Positions 55,104 to 63,786 of a DNA stretch of 64,000 nucleotides are shown here, one piece after another. The stretch is taken from NCBI GenBank assembly GCA_035531375.1, contig DATKSZ010000017.1, positions 2,017 to 66,016 on the forward strand, in the 5' to 3' direction. Every line of letters begins with the position of its first letter. Positions within the stretch are counted from its first letter, which is position 1. The notes beneath the pieces are model-generated. The model saw only the letters and a list, made by a program, of their open reading frames with translations. It was not told the origin of the DNA and made no database searches. The position numbers and the translations under genes were made by a program. This DNA comes from Terriglobales bacterium. GTDB taxonomy: Bacteria > Acidobacteriota > Terriglobia > Terriglobales > SCQP01.

Positions 55104-57314
55104 TCACTTCCCCGGGTGGTACACCCGCTCGGTGTGCCCCCGCAGTTGCGCCGGGTAGAAGTAGACGGTGCGCAGGTTGCCGCTGGCGTAGCGCTCGGCC
55201 TGGTCGCGGAAGTGGGGCGAGTGCGGGTCCCCGCTCTCCCCTCCGGCCGTCACCGCGCGGGCCACGATGGTGGGGCCAAAATCAATCGCCGCCACAAAGC
55301 TGTTGCCGCTGCTGCCGTAGATCGCCTTGGTGCCCGGATATTGCCGCGCGGCGAAGGAGGCGAGCGAGCCCCACACCGCCGTGGTGAAGGGCACCGGAAC
55401 ATAGGGCAGATGGTCGTCGAAGTGGGGATGGCGGATCGAGTCGTCCAGCCGCTGGAAGCGGTTGATCTTGCCCCACGGCGTCCTCCAGGTGCCAAAGTCG
55501 GCGGTCAGCTTGTCCACCGCCGCCGCCAGCGCCTGCAGCAACTGTTCCGGCGCGGGGATGGTGGCCACGTAGGTGCTCTCGTCCTCCTCCGCCTGCCGCC
55601 CCGCCCGCCCGGCGCTGCGCATGATCTGGCTGCCCCAATACACCGCCAGCGAAGTCGGCACCGAGTCCGCGCCCCAGCGCAGGTTCCAGTGCCGCAGCAG
55701 CGCGATCGGCTCCGCCAGCTTGGCCTTCAGCGGGTCGGAGGCCGGCGCCTGGTCCCAGGCCTTCACCAGCGCCGGGATGGTGTGGGTGAACCACGGCTGG
55801 TAGCTGTCGAACGCCACCTGGTGGATCAGCCCGTCCAGCGTGAGGTCCTGCACCTGGGAGAGCACCCGGACCGCGTGCACGCCCCGCATGGACTCGAACC
55901 GCCCCCGGTCCACGTATACCGGAAAGTCGCTGCGCTTGGGGCTGTCCGGCCCCGCCGCCGACCACGGCCAGTTGTTGGAGTTGTACAGCCAGCCGTTGGC
56001 CGGATCCAGCAAGTGCGGCGTCTGCTCGAGCGTCAGCAGGCCGTGCCAGGCGGTAGCGGGGTTGCTGCCGTCCACCGGCTTGGTGAAGTCGAACCGGGTC
56101 GAGCGCCGCGGGATGAAGTCGGAGTGGAAGTAGGCGATGTGGCCGTCGGCGTCGGCGTAGATGGTGTTGTTGCTGGAGTTGGTGTGCAGCCGCATGATCT
56201 GCCGGAACTGCTGGTAATTCAGCGCCTTGGTCCGCTCCCAGTCCTGCTCCAGCGCCCGCATCGGCCGCTCCATCAGGCTGACCGTCTCCCACCGCCCCTG
56301 CGCCTCCCCGACCACCGGCCCGTGCTGGGTGAAGTAGGCGGTGAACCGGCGCTGCGCCATGCCGGTCGCCGTCTTGTAGGCAATGGTGATCACCCTTTGC
56401 CGCACCGGCAGCTCTTGCGCGCCGTACTGGTACACGTAGTGGCCGCCCTGCCGGCTCACCTTCTCCAGGTAGAAGTCAATGTTGTCCGCCCCGCTGGAGG
56501 TGTGCATCCAGCCGATGCGGGTGTTGAAGCCCTGGTAGATGAAAAAATTCCCCCAGGTGACCGCGCCATAGGCGTCCAGCCCCTGGTCGCTCGTCATCTG
56601 CAGCTCGCTGCGGAAGTAGAACGAGGTGTGGGGGTTGATCATCAGGAAGGCGTGGTGGTCGGCGGTGAGCCGGGGCGCGACCGCGAAGCCGTTGGACCCG
56701 CCCGGCTCCGGCGGCAGGTAGCGGGGCGCGGCCGGCGGCGGCGGCGGCGGATCAATGCCCCCCGGCTGCTTCCCGTAGAACGCCCGGATCTCCCCCAGGT
56801 TCGCCCGCTCCAGGTCCCAGCCGATGCTGCCCTCGCTGAAGGCCAGCGCCATCCATGGCTCGAAGTGATGGATCACCTCCGGGTGCACCTGCGGATGGGT
56901 GTAGAGGTAGTAGTTCAGCCCGTCGGCGAAGCCCACCAGCAACCGCCGCAGCCACGCCGGGCTGGCCTGGTACTTGGCCCGCTCCACCGCCGGATCCTGG
57001 AACAGCTTCATGCGCAGGTCGCGCCAAATCTGCGCCGGCCCTTCCGCCTCCGACAGCCGCCCCAGCCCGCTCAGATAGTTGGTCTCCACCCGGTGGAAGT
57101 CGTCCTCCGCCTGGGCGTACTCCATGCCAAACACCGCCTCCGCGTCGGTGGCGCCGTGCACGTGGGCGATGCCCCAGTCGTCGCGGGTGATGGTCACCGC
57201 CGCCGCTTCCCGCTTCCACCGCGCCAGCTCGGCGGCGGAGGGGGCTTGGGCAGGCAATGCCAGCGGCAGCAGCGCGGCGCACGCCGCCGCCAGCACTAGG
57301 GCAAGGTTCTTCAT
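55104..57314 (-). CDS. Penicillin acylase family protein (Ntn hydrolase, peptidase S45)
   Basis: ATG 57314: MKNLALVLAAACAALLPLALPAQA. Motifs ITRDDWGIAHVHG and YAQAEDDFHRVE, with the autoprocessing site PEPGGSNGFAVAP (Ser nucleophile). The ORF track N-extension to 57974 reads through R1 copy D. Confidence 0.85.
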   Translation of the reverse strand: MKNLALVLAAACAALLPLALPAQAPSAAELARWKREAAAVTITRDDWGIAHVHGATDAEAVFGMEYAQAEDDFHRVETNYLSGLGRLSEAEGPAQIWRDLRMKLFQDPAVERAKYQASPAWLRRLLVGFADGLNYYLYTHPQVHPEVIHHFEPWMALAFSEGSIGWDLERANLGEIRAFYGKQPGGIDPPPPPPAAPRYLPPEPGGSNGFAVAPRLTADHHAFLMINPHTSFYFRSELQMTSDQGLDAYGAVTWGNFFIYQGFNTRIGWMHTSSGADNIDFYLEKVSRQGGHYVYQYGAQELPVRQRVITIAYKTATGMAQRRFTAYFTQHGPVVGEAQGRWETVSLMERPMRALEQDWERTKALNYQQFRQIMRLHTNSSNNTIYADADGHIAYFHSDFIPRRSTRFDFTKPVDGSNPATAWHGLLTLEQTPHLLDPANGWLYNSNNWPWSAAGPDSPKRSDFPVYVDRGRFESMRGVHAVRVLSQVQDLTLDGLIHQVAFDSYQPWFTHTIPALVKAWDQAPASDPLKAKLAEPIALLRHWNLRWGADSVPTSLAVYWGSQIMRSAGRAGRQAEEDESTYVATIPAPEQLLQALAAAVDKLTADFGTWRTPWGKINRFQRLDDSIRHPHFDDHLPYVPVPFTTAVWGSLASFAARQYPGTKAIYGSSGNSFVAAIDFGPTIVARAVTAGGESGDPHSPHFRDQAERYASGNLRTVYFYPAQLRGHTERVYHPGK

Positions 57315-57387
57315 GTCAAGGGCCTCAGGTGCCGCGCCCGCGGCGCGGCACTCCGAATTTAGCCCTTCCCCCGCCGAGAATGCAAGT

Positions 57388-57647
57388 CGCGGGGGTCGCG
57401 CCGCTTTGCCTGCTGGCAAAATCGGCGCGAAAGGCTGCGAACCGGGGTCCCCAGAGCCCGCCTCGGGCTCTGGGGTGGTCGTAATTCCGCAGGGGCAGAC
57501 GCGCCAGTGACGCGTCTGCGCCCCCGGGAAGCGAATTCGGCGCGGCCCCAGCGAAGCGCAGCGCCGACTTGGGGCCCTGGGGCCCCCAAGCCGGCGCGAG
57601 CACAAGCGGGACGCGCGCCGCAGGCGCGCTGGGGCCCGCGCCCACCA
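57388..57647 (+). repeat. R1 element, copy D (long-hairpin variant with an extra 43-bp hairpin module)
   Basis: The extra module ACCGGGGTCCCCAGAGCCCGCCTCGGGCTCTGGGGTGGTCGT is inserted between GGCTGCGA and AATTCCGCAG. Confidence 0.9.
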
Positions 57648-57664
57648 TCGGCGCAAGCCTCCGC

Positions 57665-58717
57665 CTACGGCACCACGATCACCTCGCCCTTCATCCCCAG
57701 CGTGTCGTGCAGCGCGCAGATGTAGGGATAGACGCCGGTGTGGGTAAAGGTCACCTCGAAGCGCGTCACCCCCGGCGGCGCCTGCGCCAGCCCGATCCGC
57801 TCCTGCGGCGCGGCCATCAGGAATCCCGAACTGACGTTGTCGCTGGGCGAGTGGATGGTGGCGTGCAGCGCCCCGTCCGCCCCGGTCGTCACGTTGGCGC
57901 TGGGCGCCAGCAGGTTCGTCGGTTCGGTCCCGAAGGTGATGGTGTGGGGCGTGATCGGATCCGAGTTGCTCCACGCCACCGTATCGCCCACATGCACGGT
58001 GATGGTTCCCCGCGAAAAGCGCATCACCGACAGCGTCTGCGCGCCGCCGGGGGTGGCGTTGATCTCGCCGATCCCGGCGGTCACCTGCGGCCCTCCCGGG
58101 CTCTCGGCCTTGTAGCCGCGGTAGCCGTCGCGGTCGCCGTCGTGGTCGCCGTCATGGTCGCCGTAGCTCTGCCACTCGTCCATGCCCGGCATCGCCAGGT
58201 CGTCGGTCAACAGCGCCTGCTGGTGGCGCGCGGCTTCGCGATCATAAAAGGCCTGATCGTAGGGCAGGGTTGCCGACGCGTCCAACACGTGGACCACGCC
58301 CGTCATCGTCTCGTGCACCAGGCACACCAGCTTGAAATTGCCGGGGTTGGGAAACGTGACCGTGAAGCTGGCGCCTTTCACCTGCGCCGCCGTGGTCACG
58401 CACGTGGTGCCGTCGAAAGTCGCCGGGCTCGTGGCAAATCCCGGGCAACCCACCGCAAACGGCGGCCTCACCTGCCCCGCCGTCAAAAAGGTCACCGTGT
58501 GGATCTCGTCGGTCTGAAAGCTCCAGGTGACGCTGTCGCCGGCGTGGATCCAGATCTCGTTGGGCAAAAAGGCCAGGGCCTGTTTGGCCAGGTCTTTGCT
58601 CTGCGCCCCCACCGTGGCGTGCCACTGCGCCTGGGCGGCGCGCGGCAGCGAGACCGCCGCCAGCAAAACCAGACCCGGGCCAAAAGTCCCCCATCCCAAC
58701 GCTCCCCATGTCCTCAT
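57665..58717 (-). CDS. Secreted two-domain cupredoxin (plastocyanin/azurin-like blue copper protein)
   Basis: Signal peptide, then two type-1 Cu ligand sets: ...HTVTF...KLVCLVHETMTG and ...HTITF...YICALHDTLGMKG. His/Asp-rich linker YGDHDGDHDGDRDGYRGY. Confidence 0.8.
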   Translation of the reverse strand: MRTWGALGWGTFGPGLVLLAAVSLPRAAQAQWHATVGAQSKDLAKQALAFLPNEIWIHAGDSVTWSFQTDEIHTVTFLTAGQVRPPFAVGCPGFATSPATFDGTTCVTTAAQVKGASFTVTFPNPGNFKLVCLVHETMTGVVHVLDASATLPYDQAFYDREAARHQQALLTDDLAMPGMDEWQSYGDHDGDHDGDRDGYRGYKAESPGGPQVTAGIGEINATPGGAQTLSVMRFSRGTITVHVGDTVAWSNSDPITPHTITFGTEPTNLLAPSANVTTGADGALHATIHSPSDNVSSGFLMAAPQERIGLAQAPPGVTRFEVTFTHTGVYPYICALHDTLGMKGEVIVVP

Positions 58718-58812
58718 GTTTCGACCTCCGCCTCGAGCATGCCCGACTCCCCCGGGCCCAAGTCCATGGCAGGCAACTGGAATCCCGGTGAAATGAATCT
58801 GTCAGCTCATCT

Positions 58813-59108
58813 CGCGGGGGTCGCGCCGCTTTGCCTGCTGGCAAAACCGGCGCGAAAGGCTGCGAGATTCCGCAGGGGCAGACGCGCCAGTGGCGCGTCT
58901 GCGCCCCCGGAAACGAATCCGGCGCGGCCCCAGCAGCCCAGCAAGGATGCCGCGCAGCGCCGACTTGGGGCCTTGGGGCCCCCGAGTCGGCGCGAGCATG
59001 CCGCCCCGCGCATCTACAGCGGGGCGGCTCGCAAGCGGGACGCGCGCCGCACCGGCCTGGCGCTGCTCCAGCCGGGCCGGGCAGGCGCGCTGGGGCCCGC
59101 GCCCACCA
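58813..59108 (+). repeat. R1 element, copy E (longest copy, with three extra modules)
   Basis: Contains the extra hairpin GCATGCCGCCCCGCGCATCTACAGCGGGGCGGCTC and an insertion ACCGGCCTGGCGCTGCTCCAGCCGGGCCGGGC in the 3' stem. Confidence 0.9.
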
Positions 59109-59172
59109 TGGCCGGACAGACAAGGACTTAGGCGTTGTTTCCAGGGGCGGAGCGGCGCCGCGTGTGCAGAAC

Positions 59173-59949
59173 ATGCCGGATCTCGCTGCCACCTATCGCT
59201 TTGGCGCCTTCGAGATGGACACCCGGGCGCGCCAACTGAAGAAGCACAACGCCCGCCTCAAGCTCCACGGTCAGCCGCTGGAACTCTTGCTGCTGCTGGT
59301 CGAGCGGGCGGGCGAGGTGGTGACCCGCGACGAGATGCGCCAGCGCTTGTGGCCCCGCGATACCTTTGTGGACTTCGACAACGGCGTCAACGCCGCGGTG
59401 CGGCGCTTGCGCTGCGCCCTGGCCGACCCGGCCGCCCGGCCGCACTTTATCGAGACCCTGGCGCGCGTCGGCTACCGCTTCTTGGCGCCGGTCGAGCGCG
59501 TTGCGGTCCCCGCCCAGGGCCGCTTCGTGCTGGTGGTGCTCCCGTTTGAGAACCTCAGCGGCGATCCCTCCCAACCCTACTGGGGCGACGGCCTGACCGA
59601 CGAGATCATGACCTGCCTGGGCGCGCTGGCCTCCCCCCACTTGGCCGTGATTGCGCGCTCCTCGGCCCTGGCCTTTCGGCGCGCCGCCAAGCCCGTCAGC
59701 GAAATCGGCCGCGAGTTGGGTGCCGACTTCGCCGTCGAGGGCACCTGTCGCCGCCAAGGCCAGCGGCTGCGGATCACCGCCCAGCTCGTCCGCGCCCGCG
59801 ACCAGATCCACCTCTGGGCGCAGCATTACGACCGCGAGGCGGGCGACCTCTTGGCGGTGCAAGCCGAGCTCGGCCGCGCCATCGCCGACCAGATCCAAGC
59901 CCAATTGGGCGGGCCGCCGATCGCGGCCCCGCCCCCGCCGGCGGGCTAG
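59173..59949 (+). CDS. Winged-helix (OmpR/CadC-type) DNA-binding protein with a C-terminal TolB-N-like domain
   Basis: YRFGAFEMDTRARQLKKHNARLKLHGQPLELLLLLVERAGEVVTRDEMRQRLWP...VNAAVRRLRCAL...IETLARVGYRF, then VLPFENLSGDPSQPYWGDGLTDEI. Confidence 0.8.
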   Translation: MPDLAATYRFGAFEMDTRARQLKKHNARLKLHGQPLELLLLLVERAGEVVTRDEMRQRLWPRDTFVDFDNGVNAAVRRLRCALADPAARPHFIETLARVGYRFLAPVERVAVPAQGRFVLVVLPFENLSGDPSQPYWGDGLTDEIMTCLGALASPHLAVIARSSALAFRRAAKPVSEIGRELGADFAVEGTCRRQGQRLRITAQLVRARDQIHLWAQHYDREAGDLLAVQAELGRAIADQIQAQLGGPPIAAPPPPAG

Positions 59950-60146
59950 CGGGGGTCGCGCCGCTTTGCCTGCCGGCAAAATCGGCGCGAAAGGCTGCGA
60001 AATTCCGCAGGGCGGCCCGCCCACGGGAAGCGAATTCGGCGCGGCCCCAGGGAAGCGCAGCGCCGACTTGGGGCCACGGGGCCCCCAAGTCGGCGCGAGC
60101 ACAAGCGGGACGCGCGCCGCAGGCGCGCTGGGGCCCGCGCCCACCA
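59949..60146 (+). repeat. R1 element, copy F (short variant)
   Basis: Fills the gap between the stop TAG 59947..59949 (+ gene) and the stop 60150..60152 (- gene). Confidence 0.9.
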
Positions 60147-60149
60147 TGC

Positions 60150-61001
60150 CTAGGCCAGCGCGGCGCGGCTGAGTTGCCGCGGCAACACTCCCAGCGCGCG
60201 GCGCATGTGCCGCGCCAAATGGCTCTGGTGGGCGAAGCCCGCCGCCCGCGCCACCTGGCTCGGCGGCACCTCGCCTTGCAGCAGCAGCAGCGCCGCCCAC
60301 TCCACCCTCCGCCGAATCACAAATTGATGCACCGGCACCCCGGCCGCGTGGCGAAACTGGCACTTCAGGTGGGAAACGCTCACCCCCGCCACCCCCGCGA
60401 TCGCCGTCAGCGGCAGGTCCTCGCCCAGATGGTCCTCGATATAGGTGGTCACTTGGCGCAGCTTGAGCGGCGGAAAGCCGCGCGGCCCGGTCGCCGCCGG
60501 CCGGCTGGCGTTGCTATAGCCCTGCAGCAGCCGCTCGCCCAACGCTTGCGCCGCGCTCTCCCAAAACAGCGTCCCCCGGGGATAGCCCTGGCTCACCTCC
60601 GCCAGCAGCGACCAGCCGATCTGCTCGATGCGCGGATCGCGCCTCTGGAAGCGGCTGCGCAGCACCACCCGGTCCGGATCCAGCTCCGCCTCTTCGCAAA
60701 TCCGGCGCAGCCGGTTGGGACACAAGCTGAGCACCAGCGCCGTGTCCTGCTCCTTCATCTCCCAGCGCGCCGGCAGCCCGTTGGGAATGACATCCACGTC
60801 CCCGTGGAGGGCCACCCCGGAAAAGCGCTCGTCGCCGTGCCGGCATTCCATCCGCACCGGGCGGCCGACATGGATCGCCACCCGGGGCCAGGATCGCGCC
60901 TCCGTCTCGCATATGCCCGGAGCATCCGAGAGAAGCACCACACGTAAGGAATCAGATACAGTACGAGAATCCAAGTAGCGAATCTGCTCTGGAGTCGCCA
61001 T
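60150..61001 (-). CDS. AraC family transcriptional regulator
   Basis: C-terminal double HTH: LTAIAGVAGVSVSHLKCQFRHAAGVPVHQFVIRRRVEWAALLL...VARAAGFAHQSHLARHMRRALGVLPRQL. Confidence 0.85.
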   Translation of the reverse strand: MATPEQIRYLDSRTVSDSLRVVLLSDAPGICETEARSWPRVAIHVGRPVRMECRHGDERFSGVALHGDVDVIPNGLPARWEMKEQDTALVLSLCPNRLRRICEEAELDPDRVVLRSRFQRRDPRIEQIGWSLLAEVSQGYPRGTLFWESAAQALGERLLQGYSNASRPAATGPRGFPPLKLRQVTTYIEDHLGEDLPLTAIAGVAGVSVSHLKCQFRHAAGVPVHQFVIRRRVEWAALLLLQGEVPPSQVARAAGFAHQSHLARHMRRALGVLPRQLSRAALA

Positions 61002-61364
61002 GCCTCATGATAGCCCGGTCACGACCAAGTGGCGCTCCCGGCACTGCTCGCCGTGATAGTTTGGTGGCCGATTGTGCTGGTGCGGCTGAGCGAAAATACG
61101 ACCCCCTACAAGACGCGGCCGCGGCCGTCCCGGTTTCGACTCCGTGCGGCCCAGCCCGCGCCCGTCGCCTCGTCTGCGCCGCCCGCCCAAAACCGTCGGG
61201 AGAGGCTCTCCGCGCTCCGCCTCGGCACTGCTAGTGCCGCCGGTGGAAAACGCCCAGCCGGCGCCTTCGCGCCCTGCCTCGGTCGGGGCTGCGGTTGCAA
61301 GAGGTCGGCCCGGAAGGATAGCATGGCAGTGCACGGTTTGCATGGATGTTTGCCTGGATGAACG

Positions 61365-62387
61365 ATGATTTCCCTCAAGAGCCACATGGATGAATGGGAT
61401 GGGCTGCGCTCCCGCGGCAAGGTGTCGCTGGGGGCCTACATCCGCGTGCTGCGCGCCCTCGAGGCCAGCGCCGCCGAGATGGTGGGCGGCGAGGGGGTGC
61501 AGTTCCGCGAGGATTTGCGCGCCATTCTGCAGTACCTGGACGAGCAGGCCGAGCCGCCGGTGATTGAAAAAAGCCGGCTGGAGGTGGAAAAGGCCATCCA
61601 GGCCCTGGTCGAGGTCATCAACCGGCGCGAGTTCGAGTACAAGGAGATCATCCGCATCATCGCCGAGGCCGGCGCCACCATGGCCCAGACCGGCAGCGCC
61701 CACAGCGAGGACCTGCGCCGGGCGGCCGCCAAGGTGGAGTCCATCGCCCGCCTCGACTCGCTGCCGGAGGCGCGCCGCCAGTTGAGCGCCCACGTCGAGG
61801 ATCTGCGCGGCATCGCCGCCCGGGTGCAGGCCGAGGGCCTCGCCCAGGCGCAGCGCCTGAAGCAGGAGCTGGAGCTGGCCCGCGAGCACCTGCGCTTCGC
61901 CGCCGCCCTGGCCGAGACCGACCCCCTCACCGGCCTCGGCAACCGCCGCCGCGCCGAGGCCGCGGTGCAGCGCGCCATCGCCGAGCAGGCCCGCGTCAGC
62001 GTGCTGCTGCTCGACCTCGACGGCTTCAAGGCCGTCAACGACGGCTACGGCCACGCCCAGGGCGACAAGCTGCTCAAGTCCGTCGCCCAGCACGTCCGCC
62101 GCTGCCTGCGCGAGACCGACCTGGTCTGCCGCTGGGGCGGCGACGAGTTTGTGGTGGTCATGCGCGACGCCCCCCTGGAGGCCGCCGAGGCCACCGCCGA
62201 CCGCATCCGCACCCAAGCCTTCGGCGAGTTCGTCCTCGGCCGCGCCGGCGAAAATATCCAGGTCGAGATCAGCGCCAGCATCGGCGCCGCCGAGTTCCAG
62301 CCCGGCGAGGCCGCCTCCGACCTGCTCGAGCGCGCCGACCGCGCCATGTACGCCTTCAAGAACCGCGCCAAGGGCGCCGCCGGATAG
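61365..62387 (+). CDS. Diguanylate cyclase (GGDEF domain) with a coiled-coil N-terminal region
   Basis: DPLTGLGNRRRAE, LLLDLDGFKAVNDGYGHAQGDKLL, RWGGDEFVVVM (GGDEF), RADRAMYAFK. Confidence 0.85.
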   Translation: MISLKSHMDEWDGLRSRGKVSLGAYIRVLRALEASAAEMVGGEGVQFREDLRAILQYLDEQAEPPVIEKSRLEVEKAIQALVEVINRREFEYKEIIRIIAEAGATMAQTGSAHSEDLRRAAAKVESIARLDSLPEARRQLSAHVEDLRGIAARVQAEGLAQAQRLKQELELAREHLRFAAALAETDPLTGLGNRRRAEAAVQRAIAEQARVSVLLLDLDGFKAVNDGYGHAQGDKLLKSVAQHVRRCLRETDLVCRWGGDEFVVVMRDAPLEAAEATADRIRTQAFGEFVLGRAGENIQVEISASIGAAEFQPGEAASDLLERADRAMYAFKNRAKGAAG

Positions 62388-62426
62388 CCCCCGCCCCCGC
62401 GCCGCGCGCGCCTGCCCCTCCCCGCT

Positions 62427-62699
62427 CGCGGGGGTCGCGCCGCTTTGCCTGCCGGCAAAATCGGCGCGAAAGGCTGCGAAATTCCGCAGGGGCAGACGCG
62501 CCAGTGGCGCGTCTGCGCCCCCGGGAAACGAATTCGGCGCGGCCCCAGCGAGGCGCAGCGCCGACTTGGGGCCAGGGGGCCCCCAAGTCGGCGCGAGCAC
62601 AAGCGGGACGCGCGCCGCAGGCGCGCTGGGGCCCGCGCCAACCACTGTTTCACCGGGCCGGCGCGCTAGCGGCACGCGCGCGGGAGCCCGCGCCCACCA
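62427..62699 (+). repeat. R1 element, copy G (long-hairpin variant with a duplicated 3' terminus)
   Basis: A first terminus-like GGGGCCCGCGCCAACCA lies at about 62629..62645. A 54-bp insert follows, then the second terminus GGGAGCCCGCGCCCACCA ending at 62699. Confidence 0.85.
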
Positions 62700-62705
62700 T
62701 TCCGT

Positions 62706-63080
62706 CTAGTCAAAGAGTACGCCGCCACACACCAACAGCAGAGCGGCAGTGCCAATCATTTCGTTGCCGATAAACAAACCCATCATGCTCGCGCCGACCA
62801 CAGCCTCAAGCAACACAGCCAGGCCGCAGAGCAATACATAGACCTTGCGCAGCTTGGTTTCGGCAAAGCCCGCCAACAGCGCAACCATCGCTACCACAAT
62901 CCAGTGCCACCCCAGCGAGAGAAAAACGACGCGAAAGGCCGCCTTGAGCGCTGCGTCCAGGGTCGACGCGTTCAACGCTGGAAATCCCACGGTGACGCCG
63001 CCAATCCAGTGGAGCACGGCGCTGGCAATGAGTACTACGCTCCCCGCTACGACAAAAGCACGTGCGACTCTGTTACGCAT
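62706..63080 (-). CDS. Small 4-TM membrane protein, unknown function; visibly lower GC
   Basis: From ATG 63080: MRNRVARAFVVAGSVVLIASAVLHWIGG...; four hydrophobic segments. The longest ORF extends to 63185. Confidence 0.5.
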   Translation of the reverse strand: MRNRVARAFVVAGSVVLIASAVLHWIGGVTVGFPALNASTLDAALKAAFRVVFLSLGWHWIVVAMVALLAGFAETKLRKVYVLLCGLAVLLEAVVGASMMGLFIGNEMIGTAALLLVCGGVLFD

Positions 63081-63208
63081 GCGAACTTGCCTCCGATAAC
63101 GTTCGGTAAATTTCGCACATTTGAAAAGGCCTGGGCTGGTCTGGTACAAAAAGCGCTGGCGCCCCTGGCAGGGGGCGCCAGCCAAACCGACCAGAACAGG
63201 AGACCAGC

Positions 63209-63736
63209 ATGGCGCAAGATCAAGAGCCGGTCAAGGCCGGGGGTGTGATTCAGATTGACGAGCGGCCAATCCGGGGCCACGTGGACCAAGTGGTGCGGGC
63301 GACGGTGGAGGAGACGTTGAACCAGCTTTTCGCGGGGGCCGCGCCGCTTTGCCTGCTGGCAAAATCGGCGTGAAAGGCTGCGAAATTCCGCAGGGGCAGG
63401 CGCGCCAGTGACGCGTCTGCGCCCCCGGGAAGCGAATTCGGCGCAGCCCCAGCGAGGCGCGAGCATGCCGCCCCGCGCTGTTACAGCGGGGCGGCTCACA
63501 AGCGGGACGCACGCCGCAGGCGCGCTGGTGCCCGCGCCCACCAAAAGATCGAGGCCTGGCGCAACCGGCCGATCGAGAACGAGCACCCCTACGTGTACCT
63601 GGACGGGATCTGGCTGAAGCGGAGCTGGGGCGGCGAGGTCAAGAACGTCGCCGTACTGGTGGCGATCGGGGTGAACCAGGAGCGCGGCCTGCGCGGCGTG
63701 AAGCTGTTCGTCTCCGATCGGTGTTTAGGCCTGGTC
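63209..63736 (+). pseudogene. IS256-family transposase remnant (N-terminal ~40 codons plus a central fragment), split by R1 copy H and truncated at the 3' side
   Basis: MAQDQEPVKAGGVIQIDERPIRGHVDQVVRATVEETLNQL (63209..63328) and KIEAWRNRPIENEHPYVYLDGIWLKRSWGGEVKNVAVLVAIGVNQE/RGLRGVKLFVSDRCLGLV (63545..63736) match the conserved IS256 transposase layout. Large internal parts are missing. Confidence 0.65.
63331..63543 (+). repeat. R1 element, copy H (inside the IS256-like remnant)
   Basis: Begins CGCGGGGGCCGCGCCGCTTTGCCTGCTGGCAAAATCGGCG and ends GCGCTGGTGCCCGCGCCCACCA. It carries the same GCATGCCGCCCCGCG...ACAGCGGGGCGGCTC module as copy E. Confidence 0.9.
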
Positions 63737-63786
63737 TCCCGCCCCACGATTTTCTTGGACAATGAATTGGGAAAGGGAGCGAGAAC

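Noticed and set aside
61029-61361. A 110-aa ORF in the AraC / GGDEF divergent intergenic region.
   Set aside because: No RBS and no recognisable motif. After a short hydrophobic start the composition is Arg/Ala/Pro-rich, so this is probably promoter or UTR sequence. A small membrane peptide cannot be fully excluded.
57388-63543. R1 copies as integron attC sites.
   Set aside because: There are no RYYYAAC/GTTRRRY core sites at the ends. The elements are 198-296 bp with several independent hairpins rather than one long imperfect hairpin. Cassette gene orientations are mixed, and no intI or attI is in the window. The idea is kept only as an organisational analogy.
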